The notes beneath the pieces are model-generated. The model saw only the letters and a program-made list of their open reading frames with translations. It was not told the DNA's origin and did no database searches. DNA of 60,122 nucleotides, filler included, from Catajapyx aquilonaris (Eukaryota): the NCBI GenBank assembly GCA_000934665.2. It is 3 parts of 3 records of this genome, joined end to end, with 100 filler letters (N's around TTAATTAATTAA, not from the genome) between each part and the next. Parts side by side here need not be neighbours in the genome. Positions count along the whole stretch, not along the records: positions 1 to 20,002 come from JYFJ02006354.1; 2 more parts are not named here. One strand, given 5' to 3'. The translations under genes were made by a program, and so were the position numbers. Positions 1 to 13,500 of this stretch are shown here, piece after piece. The first letter of the stretch is position 1; the number at the start of each line of letters is the position of its first letter.

Positions 1-1107
1 GGGGCGGCCTCCAGCTAGGATCACAGCCAGGCCCCACCTTCCAGAGCCGACACCGAATGTGGGCCCGCCATGTTCATAATAATAATAATAATAATAACCT
101 GGCCACCCCACCCCACTTCCCCCCCGGCCCCCGAGTAACTTTTGCTTTTGAATGACTGAAGGGAGGGCAAATATGGACGGGAATAACAACCTACTGCAAT
201 ATTTAGTTGTAGCTTATTTTTAGTTTTTAAATATGAATTTTTATTAAGCCCGGTTTGTTTTTGGCGGATGTTTTTTTTTTTTTTAAATGACAGCCGGTTA
301 TTGATGGCGGGATATTCGAACGACTTGGCCGACTGAATGAAAAAAAAATGCAGGGATTTGTAAAATTGGATTTTAATATTTTTAAATGTCGACTGTGCAG
401 TATATTAATTTTAATTAGCGGCTTGTGTCATTGCTGGAAGCGGAAGAAATAAGAGCGAAATGGACGGCCATCTTGGAACAGTCATGCAGTCTGATATTTT
501 TGATGAAAAAATAATCAAAAAATTGCATTTTCCGGGGGGGGTATTAAAAGTAAACGTTTTCTTTTGGAAAAAAATGCCACTCTCTATTTAGCCTTCATTT
601 ATTTAACAAACTGCTGTGGTGACTGCGCGCTGTCCTTATTATCAGCACATTATATTTTTATTAGAGAAGCTCTCTAATTTTTTTATAGAATCCAAGTTGT
701 TCGAAATTAACTTTATAAGCTATATTAATTCGGTAATATTTCATAATATAATGTACAATAATAATTTTATTAATAGCTACCGTAATGATAACCAACTCAA
801 GAAAAGTGCACAAATACTTACAAAATATTACAGAAGACCGGGGGGGGGGGGGGGGGNTTGGCAAATATTTTGCACAGAACAGTAGCTGAACTTGCGTTTT
901 TTTTTTCAAAACAATTACCGGTAGTACCGACTTCATGAGGCATCATTCATGAGCCGATTGCCTGCTGCTTATTAGATGATGCTTATTATTTTTGCGACAA
1001 TTGTACTTGCACAGTCCGCAATAAAAGTGTCCAGCATATAATATCCGTCGTCGGATCGATTGATTTGAAGCATGGTACGGCCAGGTACGGCCACCCTGTC
1101 CTGGTCG

Positions 1108-1160
1108 GTCGTCAATGGCAACAACCAGAAGCAGTCAACAAACAGCAGTGTTGTTCAGTT
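1108..1160 (+). promoter_or_regulatory. Putative ciliary-gene core promoter: RFX X-box, forkhead motifs and initiator
   Basis: GTCGTCAATGGCAAC (1108-1122) fits the X-box consensus. GTCAACA (1134-1140) and ACAAACA (1138-1144) fit RYMAAYA. TCAGTT (1155-1160) fits the arthropod Inr and lies ~85 nt before ATG 1245. Confidence 0.55.
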
Positions 1161-1244
1161 GACGTCGAAGAAGCAAAGAAGAAGGACGCGAAAATATAAG
1201 TATACTGCATATACAATCGAGAGCGTGCACTGCGACACACAACA

Positions 1245-1500
1245 ATGGGGAACGACCCGAATAAGAAGCCGCCAGCGGGGGCTTCCATCGTGCTTCCTCC
1301 GCGTCCCAAGACAACCAGGCCGTACCAGACAAGATGGAGCGCCAGGATCGACAGGAAACCAGAAGCATCCAAGTACACCACGCCGGACAAGGTCAGCGAG
1401 ACCCTGATGAAGGGGCGCAGGTACGACAAGCAGGAAGAGCGGACTCCGGAGCAGACCAGGGAACTCGCGGCGGAGTTCAAGAAGGCTGTGCAGGTCGCAG
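1245..1500 (+). CDS. ODAD3: ODAD3-like exon 1
   Basis: MGNDPNKKPP...FKKAVQVA; donor G|GTATAA at 1501, phase 1. Confidence 0.8.
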
Positions 1501-4500
1501 GTATAAGCACTGCCTAATAAGAAACGGGTGACTTTATTATGTAGAGGTGTCCTCAAAATACAGCCTGCGACACTTCCATCGCTTCTGCGACTGATTTGTA
1601 AATAATTTATATGAAAAAAACAAGGGTGCAAAACAATGTCCAGGAAGTACCTTACTTCGCTCACAGATGGCGCATCCTCCCTCTCTTTACAGTGCTGCCA
1701 CTCAGGGTCGTGCGGGGGGTTGTGGTACTTATACTTAGGTTTTTGACTAGCGCAACCGAGTGCGCACCACAGTTCGCGCAAGTCTGACAATTTTCAGAAA
1801 GGGACACCTATAGCCACACCTCTCCCTCCCGCCCAATGACCTTCGAGTACCCTGCCTCTGATTGGTGCTTCCATGAAAGATCACCTATACGTCACGTCCC
1901 TTTCTCAAGAATTTGTCAGACCATATCAAAATATAGTGGGTGTACTGGTAAATAAGCGATGTACGTATTTCCAACGCTACGCTTGGGAGGAACAAACTGG
2001 TCGACGTTTTAGACGTTGCCAATGCGGCTCTAGAACGAACCTCAGAGGTCAGAGAGTAACTGGCAACGTTGTTGTCAGAAGAATGGAGCTGCGCGAGTGT
2101 GGGTGCGCACTCGGTTGCGTTTGTTACAAGTTCATCTAAAGCGATGACTCACCCTGGACAAACAGAGGGGCAGACACAGTATGTAACGTGTTTGAAGCCC
2201 ATTATCTCGGTAATCTGGCGACTAAGATGAAATGACACCTCTACATAAAATCATCCTAGGGACATGTAGATTAATTTGAGTTGACAAAATTTTAATTACA
2301 ATTTGGCAGAGGGCGAGCGGAAAGCGTCCTACGAAGACTACGAGCGAGAGAAGCGAGGGCTTGATAACAGGACCCGGGTGATGCTGAGTGAACTCAGGCA
2401 TCTCAGGATGAAGCACAGGTTCAGCATGCTTGTAAGTTTAATTTGTCTAATTATATTTAGCAAGTGCGTTAAGTCAATGCAGTGCTGCCTCCCTCTGATA
2501 AAAAGCTGCGCAACCCTCCAGCAGTGTTCGCGGTGCTCCCGGAAGATCTCGCTGGCGTGTTGCAATTTCCATTCGGCTCACCCGGAGTAGCGGGAAACTC
2601 CGGATCACCAGACATTCCACGTGATAAAGTATATGGCAACTACATGCACCTATGTGATGAGTCAACTGCCTGCAGGGGACAAAGTTACTCTTAACCTACG
2701 ACTATATAATATATAATAGCAGAGGAGCCCGTTCTTCACGCGGCCTGTTATTCCACATTATAGCAGCATGTTGCCATTGCTGATACCTGTTCACAGGAGG
2801 TCGAATTTTAACCATATTTTGTCCAGATGCAAAAGTTTGCACTCCAGACTTTTATCTGCAAATTACATACTTGGAGTTCTTTTTTTATTTAAATGTACTG
2901 CCATGTTTAAAAGCAGGACCAGCAACTGCTGGAGTGCAAATCATAATTTTGGAAGTGCAAATTGCACCTTTGCATCCGAATATTTCGACCCATGCTGTTG
3001 CCACGACGAAACTTGGATAAACAAACCAACAAACATATCCTTTTATATTACGTATGTAATATGTATGATACTGTAGATATACCCGGCAGTTGTAGATGTC
3101 GTGCTTTTCTCTGCCAGATCTTACATTGGTAAATGATTTATGTATGTACGTACATATGTACTGTACAGTATGTATGTACTTGGGGGGGTTGTGCAATGAC
3201 AGATCGCACTGCGTGTTGCATCAGGTCAGCGGTATATAAGTATACACAGCGATTTTCGGATCAAGTGATGCATCATGATTGAAGCATAATGCAACAGTTT
3301 ATTAAACCAGATAGCGGCGGTTTGGCCCCGGGAAAGGTTTACACATAAGAGGATTATATCCTGGGTTGGGTTTTTTTTTTAAATGCGTTGGGGAGGGTGT
3401 CAGGGTAGTGGGTAGTGGGTGGGTGGGCACACATATACACGCGCGCACACTGTGTGTGTGTGTATTATATAGAGTTGGGTCCAGATGCGGCGCCCGTGGT
3501 TTCATCTCCATTAACCTAGTTGTTGCGGGGGCTTGGACCTTGCTCCGGATTAACGCCCGGATGGACAATGCTTGGCGACCTGATTGACAATCAGGCGCTT
3601 CAACCCATCCACACCCACACCTGTGCTGGCAACACCCCACTGCCTGTATATATACACCAAACTATATAAAAAACAACAGCGACAATGGCAGCGACGCCCA
3701 CGACGTCAACTGGGGTTGGTTCTGGGATGTATTGCAAATATAAAAAAAAGTGGGGTGGCTTGCGGTTGACGGGGGCGATTATCCGGTTATACGAACTTGG
3801 CGCCGTAAACAGGGCAGTTTGTTGGTCAACAAAAAAAGGAGGCGGTAAACGGTTTGCATTTCAATACGCCAACGCAGGACGAACAAAGAATGGGGCGGAG
3901 AACAAAAAGGTCGATAGCAGACCACAACAATGCGCTCCGGTTGATAGGAATACCGAGTCTATGTGCCTCTGTTTGTCCGCGGCGAGTCATCAGCAGTAGT
4001 GTGCGCCATCTGTGTGAGAGACTATATACGTGGACGAGTGGATTTCAGTAATTATTGTAATAATGTAACTGGGCCGCACAAAATTTTGAAATTCATCATG
4101 ACTGCGGGCGCTGATCACATGCGGCAGTGCGATGGACTCATATAATTGGGCCTGCTCTAATTAATCAGATGGGATCGGAAATGCTTTTGAATCCGACAAT
4201 ATTCATCGGCGGACATTCTGCCCACGCAACCAAACCAATCGGGCGAAAAATCATTTCCGACGCATCTGTGTTTCATAATTATATAATTCTAGTTTTTTTT
4301 TTGGCCACAATCAATTTCGCTGAATTTGGGTTGGCAAACCTCTCTACCCATCCCAATAAAATGTAAGGGGGAGTTTCCATCGACTTGGGAAATGGATTTG
4401 CGGGGAACTTGTCCTAATTGGCAATAAGAGTGTGGGACAGGACAAAAGGAGCTGGGTGGGACAAAAGAAATCATTGGATTTCGCCTCTCGGAGTATCATT

Positions 4501-7500
4501 CAATTATACCGGTCCACCCCCCTCAGGATGAAAAGTATAAGAAGAACAAAAATGATGGTGCGAGTGGTTAGTTGGCAAGTTCGTAATCGGATTTGGCACA
4601 TCCATTCGGAAGAGAGTGTGTATACCGAAGGGATTTCCAGAGGCTTTCTTTCCTTCTTGCTATACTTTCTATAGCCTGCTGGTCTTAACTGGCTCTATAC
4701 CTTTTGTCATCAGCACAATAATGACGATCCAGTTTCCCAACCAAAAACAACTGAGCTGAAATTCAAGTGTGGGAGTCACAAACACATCATGATCAGAGTC
4801 TGCCAGCAGCTGATTTTGTTTTGTGATCATGCGATCAGAGTGCACATCTCTCGACCTAAAAGCCTGTCAACTGTAATATGTTCCCAGGCAAAGTATTCCC
4901 TTCCTGGATTGATTTTGATTCTGCGGCTCGATGACTAGTGGATGTCGCTTCCAATAATGCCAGACGGGGGAAAAAACGAAACTCGGTTTTGTTTCATATC
5001 TGTTCTCCGAGTTGCGAAAATATTTGCAGGTTTTTTTTCTAGCCTGAAATGGCCATAGAAAGTGATAAAAACCTTACAAAAATTAAATAGTAATTTCTAT
5101 ATGGAAACAGGGAACAATGATCAAAGCTCATGAGATGGAGTGTTGTTAACTAAAAAGTATAATATTTAATTTTAATTATTCGATGATGACTTCATACCAG
5201 CCTCGTTGCCCAATGCGGAATTCACACAATTAAAGCCCTGGTTTAGTGAACAACAAGGATTTCACGAAATTTAATATCATGCAAATTCTGGATGGTTCCT
5301 AACACTTGTATTTCAATTTAAAGCGCTAACATAATTATTGCAAATTTCCAGCACATACTTTTCCAACTCAAGGACACGAAATAGAAAATTTTAGTTTCAT
5401 TTTATAGCATAATATTATTAAAGTCAAACTTACACTCGAAAAAAATTATTATCGAGGCACATCAAAATCAATAGCTGGCTGAAATCCTCGAGCTCTTAAC
5501 CATGCTGCGTAATGAAAAGATCGACCGAATCAGGCGCCATAAGGGTTGTAAATCCCTGTGCCAAACGAAGTCAATCACGAGTCAGGAAAAAAAAAAGTTC
5601 GAGTATACTCATCTGTTTTTAAAAACACCTCTTAAAATTCAGGAAAGGTGCGCAGGTTGCTCCAATGTACGGCGAGTGATGGTGCATGGAAATGCCCGAT
5701 GTTTGAAAGATATATTACTGCGGTGCCCCCTCCCCCCCCCCCCCAAAAAAAAAAACAGTGCTATATAGTCACGTATAGGCCTACTGGGCAATTCAACCAA
5801 CCGAACTATGAGAAAAGACAAAATATTTTGGCCTCTTAATTGGCACTTTGTTCTTGCTCGTGTCGCTAAAATCTTTCTCTCTCTCAAGGAATGGGGAAAA
5901 AAGTGCTCAAATTATAATGAAGGAACCCTTACTTTTTTTTAAATGCAGATCCACTGGGGAGGAGGCTGCTGGGGGGTGGGTAGCGCTCGTAAAGCAATGA
6001 GAAAGATCGTCTCTTGGGTCTTACGTCATGTTTCCCAGCCCCTCCAGGCAGCGAGGGATAATCGTCCTTTACTACCAGCCCATTTGTGACACTTAGGCGA
6101 TGCTCCTCGCCTTGTGCCATGGGGGGGGGGGGGGTTGGAAGGAAGGAAGGAAGGAAGGAAGGAGGTGACGGTGGGGAGGCCTTCATCAATTTTCTAATTA
6201 AGTCTCCAGCATCCTGGGGTCTACCCTTCTCATGTGAATCTGAGTGGCTTTCCCTCAGCTAACTCTCTGGAAATCTTTTGTACAAATTGGATTTTTCTCT
6301 TCCCATAGTTCCTCCTTTCTTTTTTTTCGTTTTCACCCCCTTTTTCTTCGCTGCTGCCATTACCTGCTTTTCCAGTTTGCCAAAAAAAAAAGTCTTGAAA
6401 AGTAGGAGGTGGGGTTGGACTGAGTGGGGGATGGTTGATGTCGCTTGCTTTTAGTAGTGACGAGCCCCCCAAGCCAAACCTGATAAAAGGCTTTTCTACT
6501 TCAGACTCGCGCCAACCTTTTGTATTCTTAATGGGACTTATTTCGCCTTCTTGCCTTATTGTCTCTTTCTATATACCCACTGCTGCTTTCATATATTTTT
6601 TAACGTGCCTCCTCTGCCTATTGTTCTGAATGCATGCTGTAATTTTTCAAAAGCTGTCTGAAAGAGCAATTAAAGAGACAAGTCGTTTTTAGTGTCCTCA
6701 AGGCTATACTTGCTGCGGTTTAGTTGCGACTTTTGCAACCTGCACTGCCGATGTGCAGCACATGTCTCGTCTGCTCTCTCTATTTCTCTGGGCGCGAATT
6801 ACTCATGGCCTGCCTCTGGGAGGGAAAGAAAAGGGGGGTGAAAAGGGCGAAGCTTTTCTATTGGGGAATTACCTGACAAAACGGGAGGAAGAAGTGACAA
6901 ATTGGCCAAGAGTTTTTTTTTTTTCGGTACAAAAATCGCGCGAGACAAATGGTTCAGGACTCGACTGAAAGGAGTGGGGGGAAAAAAATCGTAGGTTTGC
7001 ACGCTTGTCCTCACGTACAGTATAACTGTATAACGATTCATAATTCATGTCGTGTAAAGAGTTTTGCACATGTTCAAAGCCAGTATCTTAAGGAACTTTT
7101 GTGAAGAATGCGACACGTTATACTCGCTTTTTTTTATCTCAAGGTTTTTGGCACGTGCCTGGCAGGATGTTTATAACCCGCACATTTTTTTAAAAAAATG
7201 GGTCTGGACAAGTATAACTGAGACTTTTACTCTTTGTCAACCTGGAGGTTAACGACCCAAAAATGGCGACAACTAACTGAGACGACCTATTCCGCTGTTC
7301 CTGGCTCGAAATTGCACAAATGTTCCCATACACAAGCCAAGCTGTCTCTGGAAGGCACGACCTCGTTTTAAAATGTGTGGTGAACGTGTGCTTGTCACAG
7401 GTACGAGCAAAGCGTTAAGGTCCATAACTTGCGGGGGAATTAGAGAGAAAAGAGCGACCTGTTACAGCGGCCCAGCGAGAGCCTTAATGGATTATACAGC

Positions 7501-10500
7501 AGCCAGCTGTGGTTATTATTCTTGCACGGCCCCGCAAGTGCACATGGCCATCAGGGTGTGAGACCATCAAACACCAGACCACCCCTCCGACGAACACTGC
7601 ATTTTTTTTTAAAAAGCTTAAAAAAAAGAGAGAGGCCACAACGGACCGTGTTTATCCGGGGGAGCAACACGTGGACCACTGCTCGAAACTTTCGCTGCCG
7701 ATGATTAATGTAATTAGTAATCCCGGTGGGTAATTAGTCAGCATGAGGAGGGGGTGTAGAGGCGATGATCAACACCCACGGAACTTGGACCAACTTTGCA
7801 CCGTTTCTGCTGATCCCCAAGGCGACCCCCTACGCCGCTCTATAATGTCCTTTTGATTCCCAGGCCTCACATTATATGGGTCAAACTGGCGGTTTGTTTT
7901 TATTCGCATTTCACATGGGGATCGCCCCCTGATGGAGTCGCTTTCGCACAACACATCCTGACATTGCAGGGCTGCCCTCATGCCTCTCACGCTCAACCGG
8001 AGGCATACTTTACAGGCGCTTCATGTTGGTCTTTTTTTTTTCCTTCTGTCTTCCAAAGGGAGAACAGCAGGTGCTGACCATGACGAACAAGAATGGCAAG
8101 AGGGTTGGACCACTGTCGACCGTGAACAGGACACGTGCGGATGATGTCCTCTCCAGGAGGATAGCCACGCTCAGGCTGGACCTGGACAAGACCAAGTACC
8201 AGAAGGAAAAGGTCTGGACCCCTTTTTTTTGACACATCGCGATCTGAGCCTAGGTCGCACGACAAAGCGTCTGGTCGTGCGACCAAGGCTCAAGTCGTGA
8301 GGGTCACAGTAATACTGTGACCCTCACGACTTGAGCCTCGGTCGCACGATGTTGTTCATCGATGTTGATGTAGAGTTGTCATTTTTTTTAAGGTTCTCTC
8401 GAAGTCTTGTTAGCGACATAATTGGCTTGATGGAAAAAAAGGCATGTTCCTTTATTAAATATTAGAATGCAGGCGTTACAATGTTGGAGTTCGTGTTCAG
8501 CCATATGCTCATTAGTTGTCGGCGGACCACACGGTATAAACGGGGCAAACATATACTTCCCCCCCCCCCCTCCCACCCCGTCCATGCTAATATTACCTTC
8601 GAACCTACCAAAAACGCCGTCTCCACCAAAAGTGATCCTCTTGGGCCCCATGATTATAATGGCGAAGTTTATAGAAAAAAACCTTTACCCCCCCGCGTAC
8701 ACTGTACTGCACATGCAGAAATAACGGAAATATCCGTCTTCAGCATGCAGGCTTAATGATTCCGCCTTTGACGGCAGAGGCTTGCCCGCATGACGCAGGC
8801 GGTGACGTAAATCGCCTTGCCCACAAACCTGGAGGATATAAGTCGCTTTTATTTTTTGGAGAGAGGAGAAAAAAAAAAGAAAAGTTTCTCGGGGTGGTGG
8901 GTAAAACTAGCAAACAAACCGCAGTTAATAAATTGCTCTTCTTTATTTAAGGCAACTTTCCACTCGCTGCTCTGCCTTGCGAAGGTTAGTCACTGTCATA
9001 CTGCAATATTGCCTTTAAAAAAAACACTGGGCTTAAAATATTGCATTAGGCTAATTGGTTAGAGCGCGATTTTTCTGAAGAACATGACGTGCATCCAACA
9101 CTGTCGTAAAAAACGTCGAGTCCTCCGAGAGAAATGACTGGTAATAATTAATTTCTTCTGTTGTTGTAGCTTCCAACAAAATATCGACTAGTTGCTAATT
9201 CCTGAGGAGGCCTAACTTGTGTTCGCATGAAATGTTGCTGTAGGCTACCTGTCCTATAATAATTCCTGCTATTTTTCAGATGACTGCTCATCTGTCCACC
9301 ATGCTGACTCTGTACAAGGATCTGGTGGCGAATTTCATGAAGGATTTCCAGAACGAGCAGAGCAAACATAAGAAAATGGTAAGTGTGCGTCTCTTTGCGT
9401 CTTCATCCCCATAAAACTGCGCACACGCTTCTTCTCTCATGAGGCTTGAAAGCGTTATATTCCAAACAGTGCACCTCCAGTGCCAACCCCCCCGTTATCA
9501 GGATGGGACAGACGAGGACCTGGTTTTTATGTAGTGCTCGCGAAGCACAGGAAAATGTCGCCTTATCGCCCCCCAACATTATTCACAAAATGTGTGTGTG
9601 TGTGTGTGTCGACGGTCCTGTATTTTTTTTTCAAGTCCACCCCGTGGGGCAGTGTAGGGGCTCTTCTTATTTCCGGGCAGTTTAACCACCCCTATTCCCC
9701 GGTCGTTTCGGCACAAAAATGTTCCCCCGGAGGCAACTTTAAAAAAATTGGGAATGGGACGGCCACACATGGAGGCTAAGATGACCAGCTTCACGTCGAC
9801 ATGAATATTTTTTTAAAACAAAATCGGTCATTAAAGGTGCTGACTAGTGTAATTGAAACATATTAGTTTATTGAAGATCTTAGCCAATTATTTTTGCCCG
9901 CAACGCAATATTTCTGTGGCTCGTAGTACCAGAGTTTTGTTGTTGACAAGATGCCAGCGTTTGTTGAACTTTGCTTTCGTTCAATCGGGCCTCAGTGCCA
10001 AGTTCTGATGAAGTAATGAATCACATCAGAATGTAACTTACTCTCTGATCGTTATTGGGAAGCGCTTTCTGACTTAACTGTCGACAATGATAAATGGACG
10101 TGAACCCCGGGCATCACAGTGAGAGGCCAGAATATTTTCCTGGAAATAGCCCCTCTGGTAATCTCATCCTGCTGGAGAGCAGAAGTCGTTAGCAAAGAAA
10201 AGGACCACACTTTTGTCCGGAATTCGGGGAATGCGAGGCCTGTCCGTTCTCGGTGGCGAGTCCAGAAAGAAACTGACGGTTTTAGTATAGCGATGGAAGT
10301 GTCGCGTCGTATAGGCTGTATCAGCGATTCTTTGATAAATTAATCCCAACCATCTGTGTAGTACAGGCAGCATCAGGCAATACCCCCCAATTTCTCCGAG
10401 GGTTCATGGCAGCTCGACGTTTGTCGGTTTGCGTGTGTCTCCATGAAAAGCCCTTTTTGGCAGAGACGGCTACGTAATATGGATTAGTACTGGCAGCAAA

Positions 10501-13500
10501 GAGAGGGTGGTGGGGGGGATAAAAACAACTCCGAAGCTTGCAGACTCAACTTCCCCGGTGTGTTCCAGCGAGTTTTAAAGCTCCCGCTCCAGCAGGACTT
10601 TAAATCCAAAGTCTGTTTGGATGGAGGAAAGTTTTTGGGGGGCAACCGACAGTGGGTTTGGGATCCGCTTCTATATAGTGAATTAGGCTGATGCAGAGCT
10701 GACGTGGCCAGTTAGCGTTGCTATTGTTGCCGCTATTTCTCTCCATCAGGTGATGACCAACATCGAGAGCGAGGTGGCGGTGTACCAACAGAAGATTCGG
10801 CAGGCCTGCAACGTGCGTCGCATATTCAACACGATCCTGGAGTCGTACAGGTACGAGGAGGCCAAGTACGACATGCACGTGGAGATGCGCCTGGAGGACA
10901 TATTCTCCACCAAGAGCCAGGTGGAGTCCCTGAGGGTCCGCAACGCCAAGGCCAGGAGGTCCAACCACACGGCCAAGGGCATGCTGGATCGCCTGCAGAA
11001 GTTCGTGGTCGAGGGAGGGGAGGAGCGGGAGAGGATCCTGCGATCGGGGAAGATGCAGGTGGCCACCCTGCAGAAGGACCTGGCCGAGGTCCACTACCGG
11101 ATGCTGAGGAAGGACCCCGCGGGACTGATGGACAAGAAGATCAGCGCCACGGAGGCGGCCTTGGAGAAGCAGGCGGCCGCGGAGAGGCTGGCGGCCAAGA
11201 AGGAGAGCGAGGCCAGGTTCCACGACTACGACGCCAGGGTCAGGAAGTTCAGGGAGGAAATAGGTCGCCTGTCATTTTACACATTTATTATATAATAATT
11301 ATGCTGCGTTTTTTAATTATCTTTCTTTCAAACTGGGTGTCCCAATTTTCCGCAGGCGTGTCGGACATCGACCACGTGGTGAAACAGATGCAGAAGAACC
11401 AGAGGAGCAAGCGCATGCTGAACGACCTCCACGAGAAGCTCCTGAAGGAGCTGGAGTCCCTCAAGCTGGAGAAGACGTGTCTGACCAAGGACCTGGAGAA
11501 GGCCATGTTCCAGCAGACCAGAAAGAGGTTTGTACATATACCGCGCGACCCCAGCAAAATATTGCCGGCACTGATGGCCACACACTTTGCACGGTCGCGA
11601 AACGTAGAAGGTGACGAACCTTCGTAACGAGGTTAGCGCAAAAGAGAAATTACCGACAAGAGCCTAATGAGTCGAAGTAATTGGCTAGTACTCGTGATCA
11701 GAATTTATCCGCTCCATTAGGAAGGTAATGAAACGGGCTTTCCTGGGAAGGTAGGTTGGAAGTGGGTGGGTGGGTAGGTGGATGGGGGGGCTAGAAAGCC
11801 TATAGCTTTTCCCAGACTCACTCTCTCTCTCTCAGGAGCCATTTAATCCAAGCCTGGATTTTGCCATTAAATATTATCCAGCTTCCAGTCCTCCAGATGA
11901 GGTACCGTTTGGGCGGGATGCGAAACGAGCGAAGGTTACTCGGTTCAAGGTCCATACCACGCTCTGATATGCTCCATTTCAGATGTACAGAGTACAGTAT
12001 ATACCAATCCGTCGATTGAGTGGGCCTAAAAGCTGCAGCGGGTTCAGATTATATCTGATCGGCACCCATCACCATCTGCCTGCTCTTATCAGTCGGCCGG
12101 TTTACACATTGAAAGGGCGCGTGTACAGATTGATTATCAATTTTCATCCACGGTTTGCTGAGTATATTTTTTTGTTGGCATTGATGTGGGGGATGATGCA
12201 CAGGAACTTGGGTCGCATTTACTGTGTAGTAAAACGTGCTTGTTTATAGGCTGCGGACAGCAAAAAGGGGCTGTGGTGTGGGGGATCGATGATGGGGGGG
12301 GGGGGGGGGNTTGAAAAGGACACCCAAAAATGGTCACTGCAGTGGTCGGTGGATATGGTGGCGATTCAAGGGAGAAATGACATTCAAGCTCTACCCATCT
12401 CGGCAGGGTCATTTGGGGGGGCCTGACGGCAATCGGCGGCCAAGTTTTTGGTCCGAAATAAGCAAGGGGGCGAAAAAGTACTCGGACAGTGAGACCACGT
12501 AGCACATAAATTCAACCTGTGATGTATTGCGTGGACGGCTTGGGCTGAGCATCTCTTTATATACGTAAAGGTGACACCAGTTTTGAATGGGGATGCCCAG
12601 GGGCGCTTTAATGTGGCAGAGTGCACCAGACATGTTGCGTGCGAGTCTCGAATAATCTGGCGGAAAAGAAAGAAAAAAAGGAGCTATATCCTCCTTGGGG
12701 GGTTCCTGAGGAGCACAAGAAACTATATAGTCTCTCTCACCCTAGTAAAATTATATCACGGGTACAGCAGTACACGTCCTGAGTATTATTTCTCAAAGAG
12801 CATCTTATTTCGCGTTGAATTTTATTCGTGTGTCTGATCCTTCCTTTTTTCATCCTCCAGTACTAGCATCGAAGGTCCAGGAGACCAGTTCATGAGGCTG
12901 GTGGAAACCCAGCGCAGGAAGCGCTACAAGTGCGAGAAGGAGCTCAGGATCATGGCTACCCTGATGGACGAATTGAAGACAGGTTTGAACAGCATCATTG
13001 GAATCGTCAAGGTATGAAGTACTATAACACGCAAAAGGATTGTCGCGCTGTGTTCGTGTGGTGTCCGCGACTTTTTTTTTGTTTGTTTATCCTCCTGCTC
13101 CTGCCGCATGGGTTGTTGCAGGGTGATTTGACGCCCAATCACAGTACATGCTCAGATAATTTTAGTGGCGACTTGACTTTCAGCGGCCAGCAGGGAGGGG
13201 CTATTAATTATTCCCTCCTCCCCCAACACCCGCGCATTAACTGCTGTTTATCTTCTCACGTCGCGACAGCGTCATGTATCCACATAACCGCTGCTCGGCT
13301 TGACCTGTGCGCTGGTCACTCTTGTCCGATGTCGCAATGTAAACACACACTCTCCTCTTCGCAGGATCACGAGATCATAAAGTACAAGCTGAAGGTGTAT
13401 GGCCATAATCACCTGCTGGGCATCCTCAGCAACCTCAAGATCGCGATGGACGTGATGATCAAGTTCCTCGGGACCGTCCCGATAGAGGTCAAGATGGCAG

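Noticed and set aside
1..97. Possible retroelement 3' end with a (TAA)n tail
   Set aside because: Truncated by the window start; no TSD or second copy to support it.
10600..11585. Minus-strand ORFs of 207, 106, 97 and 85 aa
   Set aside because: Antisense shadows of the GC3-rich ODAD3-like exons 5-6.
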